Origin: an uncultured Verrucomicrobiae bacterium
GTDB lineage: Bacteria > Verrucomicrobiota > Verrucomicrobiia > Chthoniobacterales > Chthoniobacteraceae
Length of the DNA stretch: 64,000 nucleotides
NCBI GenBank assembly: GCA_963769025.1
Contig: CAVYKI010000003.1
Coordinates: 736,001-800,000, forward strand
Direction: 5' to 3'
This document shows positions 60,411 through 64,000 of the stretch, one piece after another. The notes under the pieces were generated by a model, which ran no database searches, had not been told where the DNA came from, and saw nothing but the letters and a program-made list of their open reading frames with translations. Position numbers and translations under genes: made by a program. Positions within the stretch are counted from its first letter, which is position 1, and each line of letters begins with the position of its first letter.

Positions 60411-61571
60411 TTACGGATTCCGCGCGGCACCGGCAAGCACTTCGTGGTAAATCTCCACGTGCCGCCGCGCGATGACCTCCGGATGGTAGCGTCGCCGCAT
60501 CTCCGCGGCAGCGGCAGTCGGGCGGGGCGAACCGGCGCGCAGCCACGCAGCGATCCTTCCCTCCAACGCATCGCGATCTTCCAGTGGGAAAAGTTCCGCG
60601 CCTTCCACGTCGGTTGCGATGTCGCGGAGTCCGCCGACATCGGTCCCGAAGAATTTGAGATTCCTCGCCAATGCTTCCGCCGCCACGAGCCCGAACGCCT
60701 CCTCGCTTGGGACATGGACCAGCACCGACGCGGCATCCATTGCCGCAATCAATTCGGCGAGCGTTTTCATCCCAAAGTGCCGCGCAAAACCTGCGGCTCC
60801 GGCTTCGCGGATGCGGTTCAAAAACCGCGCGGCGTAAGGATCAGCCGGATCCGCAGCTCCGAAGAAATGGATTTCAAAATCCAATCCCTCGCCATGCAGC
60901 CGCTCCGCTACTTCGAACAATTCCGATTGCCGCTTGTAGCCACAGATGGTGCCGATGTTCAGAAGGACGGGTCTCGGCGGACGCACCGCCGTCGCCGGAG
61001 TGTCGAAGAACCCGGCGCGCAGCGCGTTCGGGACACGCCACGTCCGCCGGGCACGGGGACGGACCACGGATTCCGTGTACGCGGAATTGCAAAAAACGCC
61101 GCCCGCCCTCGGCAGCGCAAAATTTTCGAGCCGTGCCGCCAGCCAGTAATAACCGCCGAAGCGCGCGCGGACGTGCTTCGCCACCTGCGCCATGTTGCCA
61201 TGGATGGTAACCACATTCGGGAAGCCCGAGAAGACTGCGGCCAGCGCGCATTCCCGCTCGGTCCCCTGGCCGTGAACGATGTCCGGTTTTAGTTCGCGGA
61301 GTTTGCGGCGGATGGCACGGATGCAGCCCTGATAGCCGGTGCGCAGCCAGCCGAACTTGGGGACGTGGAGCAGGTGAAACCACGTGTTGTCCGCGATTTT
61401 CTCCGGCGATCGCATCGGCCGCTGGGTGCAGGAGACGACATGCACTTCCAGCCCCGGCTGGCCGGCCAGCCCCTGGATGACCGCTTCGATCGCCGGGCCA
61501 AACTGCGGCTCGGGCAGTTCGTAATTGCGAAGATGCTCGCGGTTGTCCGTGGTGAGTATGGCCAGGCGCAT
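60411..61571 (-). CDS. Glycosyltransferase family 4
   Basis: PDIVHGQGTE, VTIHG, VPN, K.Q, PSEEAFGLVAAEAL. Confidence 0.9.
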   Translation of the reverse strand: MRLAILTTDNREHLRNYELPEPQFGPAIEAVIQGLAGQPGLEVHVVSCTQRPMRSPEKIADNTWFHLLHVPKFGWLRTGYQGCIRAIRRKLRELKPDIVHGQGTERECALAAVFSGFPNVVTIHGNMAQVAKHVRARFGGYYWLAARLENFALPRAGGVFCNSAYTESVVRPRARRTWRVPNALRAGFFDTPATAVRPPRPVLLNIGTICGYKRQSELFEVAERLHGEGLDFEIHFFGAADPADPYAARFLNRIREAGAAGFARHFGMKTLAELIAAMDAASVLVHVPSEEAFGLVAAEALARNLKFFGTDVGGLRDIATDVEGAELFPLEDRDALEGRIAAWLRAGSPRPTAAAAEMRRRYHPEVIARRHVEIYHEVLAGAARNP

Positions 61572-61759
61572 TCGCCTGCGAGAGTGGCAGCGGGTTGGGA
61601 AGTCGTCAAAGGGCGCGTCGTCCGCGCTGCGACCACGGGCGTTCTCCGCCTGCGGAGGCCGTGCGGAATGACCTGCTGGGGAGCCGCTCCACGCAGAACG
61701 ATCCACCCGCGCACAACGGAGCCGGTGCCGGCAGGGAGCCAGCGCAAGCCCGGAGCGGC

Positions 61760-62737
61760 TTAACTCGCAGCGGTTGGAGGGCGTTGCGGCTTTCGCTTCA
61801 TACTGCGGTAAAGTAGCGCGATCAGGAGATGGTGCAGCGGACCAGCCAGGGCCATGAGCGGCTTAAAAGTCCGCTCGGTGCGCCATTGGTCCCGGATCGT
61901 CACGGCGGTCCCGCGGAGGAATGAGTATAGACCGTAGCGAACCGGGCGGGCGCGCAGGCGGCTCCAAAATTCCGGCCACTCCGCACTCTGCCAACGCCAG
62001 CGCGGGAGGTCGAGCGGGCTGCCCAGCAATGACTGGGCGATGACGCGCCGCCAAACGGAACCTTGCCGGCGGACGAGAATGTTTTTCAGCCCATAGGATT
62101 TTCTCACCGGCTCGTGCCGCAGGACCAACGCCAGCGGCTCGTAGCGACCATCGGGAACCGGCACTTGCTCGGCCATGCCGAAGAAACGCACGCGCCGCCG
62201 ATGGATGAAAAAAATCCGCCCTGCCGGCCAGCGCCGGGTGACGGCGCGCACTCCGTCCCAAAGCGGCCAGATGCAGGTGTAGCCCGACACGTCCGCCGGC
62301 GGCTCCGGCGCTGCCCGACAACCCTCCAGCCACATCTTCATCTCCACGCTGGGATATTCGTCCGCATCGAGCCGGAGAATCCAATCATGCCGCGCTTGCG
62401 ACCACGCAAATGGCCAATGCGGTTCCTGCTGGAAACAGCGCGGGCCTTCGAAGAAACGCCCGCCGTGTTTCACGACCAGCTCATGAATGCTGCCGGGCCT
62501 GGGCGGCACGTTCGGCTCCCTGTAGACAGGGATCGGCGGTGTGCCGGGATCGATTCGCGAAAAATCGAGGGCATTTGCGCCGGGCGCAGCGATGACGGCA
62601 GGTTTTTCCGGTTCGGGCTGTTCCGGCCCGTCGTGAACCACGACGAGATCGTCGTAAAGGCCGGCACTTTCCTGAAGCAAGCGGGCGAGAAGCTCCCGCT
62701 CCCGGCAAATGCACACGACGAGGGAAATGGGACGCAT
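61760..62737 (-). CDS. Glycosyltransferase family 2-like
   Basis: ISLVVC, DLVVVHDG, ARHDWILRLDADE. Confidence 0.82.
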   Translation of the reverse strand: MRPISLVVCICRERELLARLLQESAGLYDDLVVVHDGPEQPEPEKPAVIAAPGANALDFSRIDPGTPPIPVYREPNVPPRPGSIHELVVKHGGRFFEGPRCFQQEPHWPFAWSQARHDWILRLDADEYPSVEMKMWLEGCRAAPEPPADVSGYTCIWPLWDGVRAVTRRWPAGRIFFIHRRRVRFFGMAEQVPVPDGRYEPLALVLRHEPVRKSYGLKNILVRRQGSVWRRVIAQSLLGSPLDLPRWRWQSAEWPEFWSRLRARPVRYGLYSFLRGTAVTIRDQWRTERTFKPLMALAGPLHHLLIALLYRSMKRKPQRPPTAAS

Positions 62738-62754
62738 GATCAGATGGGATGGAG

Positions 62755-63969
62755 TCAGGGACGCGCGGACAGTTCGCCGGTGGTGCGCGCGCATCGCTCA
62801 AAGCACTCGAACAAAATCCGCCGCATCCGGGCCGCGTCGAACTCGGTCCGGGCGCAGCGGACAATCTCGCCGCGGAATCGCGCCCACGGATCGGGTTCTG
62901 AAAGCGCGTCCGACAATCGCTGCTCCAGCCCGTCCTCCGACGTCGCATCGCAGCACACGCCGATGTCGTAGGCGCGGGCCATTTTCATGACGCTGCATCC
63001 CGGATGCCCCAACGTGATGAGCGGCAGACCCGCGGCGAGACACGTGATGAATTTGGTCGGAAAGCTGAACCGGTTGTAGCGGGGGTTCCCATCGGTCAGC
63101 GCCATCGGCGAAAAGCCCCAATCGCAATCGCGCAGCCGCTGCGACAACTCCGGCTCCGCGAGATTTCCGTGTTCGATGATCCACTCCGCATCGAACCATG
63201 GCCGCGCGGCATACGAATGCGCGCCAAAGAGGTGCATCTCGATCCGCCGTGGCTGCGCGGCCTTCACCCGCCTGAGGGCCGCGACGAAACGCGCGAACAC
63301 CTCTTCGACGACGATGGTCCCGGCGTGAGCGATCCGAATCGCGGAGCGTGGCGCGGACTGTTTCGTTTCCAGAAATGCGAAGTCCTCCGGCTCGAGTCCG
63401 GCGTGCAGCATCTGCGAGGCTTCGCAGCTGGTCCGCTCCTGCAAATCGGCGATCATCGGGTGCGAAGTTGCATCCCTCGTCGTCGCGGTCGCGTAAAGCT
63501 TTTCCGCCGCACGGGCGAGACGCTGGCAGCGTTCGGTTCCGAAGCGCGGAATGTTGCCGCCGACATCCACGAAGTCCTGGACGGTGACGTGGAATCCAAC
63601 GCGCGCAGCCGGCAGGACCGAGGCAAGCGGCAGGACCGCCCAGTTGTGGGGAATGACCCAAATCACATCCGGTCGCACTTCCCGGATCGCCGCGCGGAGA
63701 TGGCGCGCAGCCCACCGTGCCCACACGTTCTCAAGGAGCCATGATTTTGGGAGGATCATCCGATTTTGCGGATACAGTTTTGCCGGAATGCGCGCCACGC
63801 GGTGAGCCGCAGTTTCCATTCGGAAGCGTTGATCCCTTTCCGGCAGGCAACTCCACCATGCGAGACGATCCACGGGCCAATCCTTCAACATCTGGCGGAC
63901 CACCGCCGGGCCGCCGCCGGATGCGTTCGGCGGAAATTCAGTGGCGACCAGCAGTTTGGGCGCTGGCAT
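62755..63969 (-). CDS. Putative GT-B (GT4-like) glycosyltransferase
   Basis: FPP...GGG, IREVRPDVIW, IAHAG, RFSFPTK..T.LAAGLP.I. Confidence 0.75.
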   Translation of the reverse strand: MPAPKLLVATEFPPNASGGGPAVVRQMLKDWPVDRLAWWSCLPERDQRFRMETAAHRVARIPAKLYPQNRMILPKSWLLENVWARWAARHLRAAIREVRPDVIWVIPHNWAVLPLASVLPAARVGFHVTVQDFVDVGGNIPRFGTERCQRLARAAEKLYATATTRDATSHPMIADLQERTSCEASQMLHAGLEPEDFAFLETKQSAPRSAIRIAHAGTIVVEEVFARFVAALRRVKAAQPRRIEMHLFGAHSYAARPWFDAEWIIEHGNLAEPELSQRLRDCDWGFSPMALTDGNPRYNRFSFPTKFITCLAAGLPLITLGHPGCSVMKMARAYDIGVCCDATSEDGLEQRLSDALSEPDPWARFRGEIVRCARTEFDAARMRRILFECFERCARTTGELSARP

Positions 63970-63972
63970 GGC

Positions 63973-64000
63973 TCAGCCTTTCACCGCGATGATGTTGCAG
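63973..64000 (-). CDS. C-terminal end of an upstream gene (partial)
   Basis: ...CNIIAVKG* with TGA 3 nt before the next ATG at 63969. Confidence 0.4.

Overview
High-GC bacterial chromosomal segment. Gene content (DUF1549/DUF1553/DUF1501 modules, exosortase-EpsI, Amt with an N-terminal extension) suggests the PVC superphylum, probably Verrucomicrobiota; this is inference. It has three zones. (1) 1-16.4 kb is accessory: the start of a large secreted protein, a NarL-type two-component pair, two DUF1553/DUF1501 operons, a WD40 protein, an orphan KamA-type radical-SAM aminomutase, and an arylsulfotransferase lipoprotein with six EF-hand pairs, ending at tRNA-Lys(CTT). (2) 16.5-36 kb is mostly housekeeping (priA, lytic transglycosylase, uvrC, dtd, sigma-54-driven amtB-glnK, DedA, ExuT-like MFS, htpG, rpmE, prfA, tal), with recombination scars and a decayed ParE/RelE toxin-antitoxin pair. 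(3) 36-64 kb is an exosortase/EpsI operon joined to a 25-kb surface-glycan locus: dedicated transaldolase, HddA-like kinase, oxidoreductases, a Cys-less UDP-glucose-dehydrogenase homologue, two DUF362 proteins, a CapK/PaaK-like ligase, GT2/GT4/GT-C glycosyltransferases and methyltransferases. Many genes carry clustered single-base indels that look like consensus errors, not biology. No CRISPR array, integrase, transposase or rRNA was seen. The best candidates for undescribed biology are the ASST-EF-hand/DUF1553/DUF1501 locus, the exosortase-linked glycosylation locus with unusual sugar-nucleotide chemistry, and a membrane-anchored protein with primase-polymerase-like motifs. All family calls come from motif recognition; no database searches were run.
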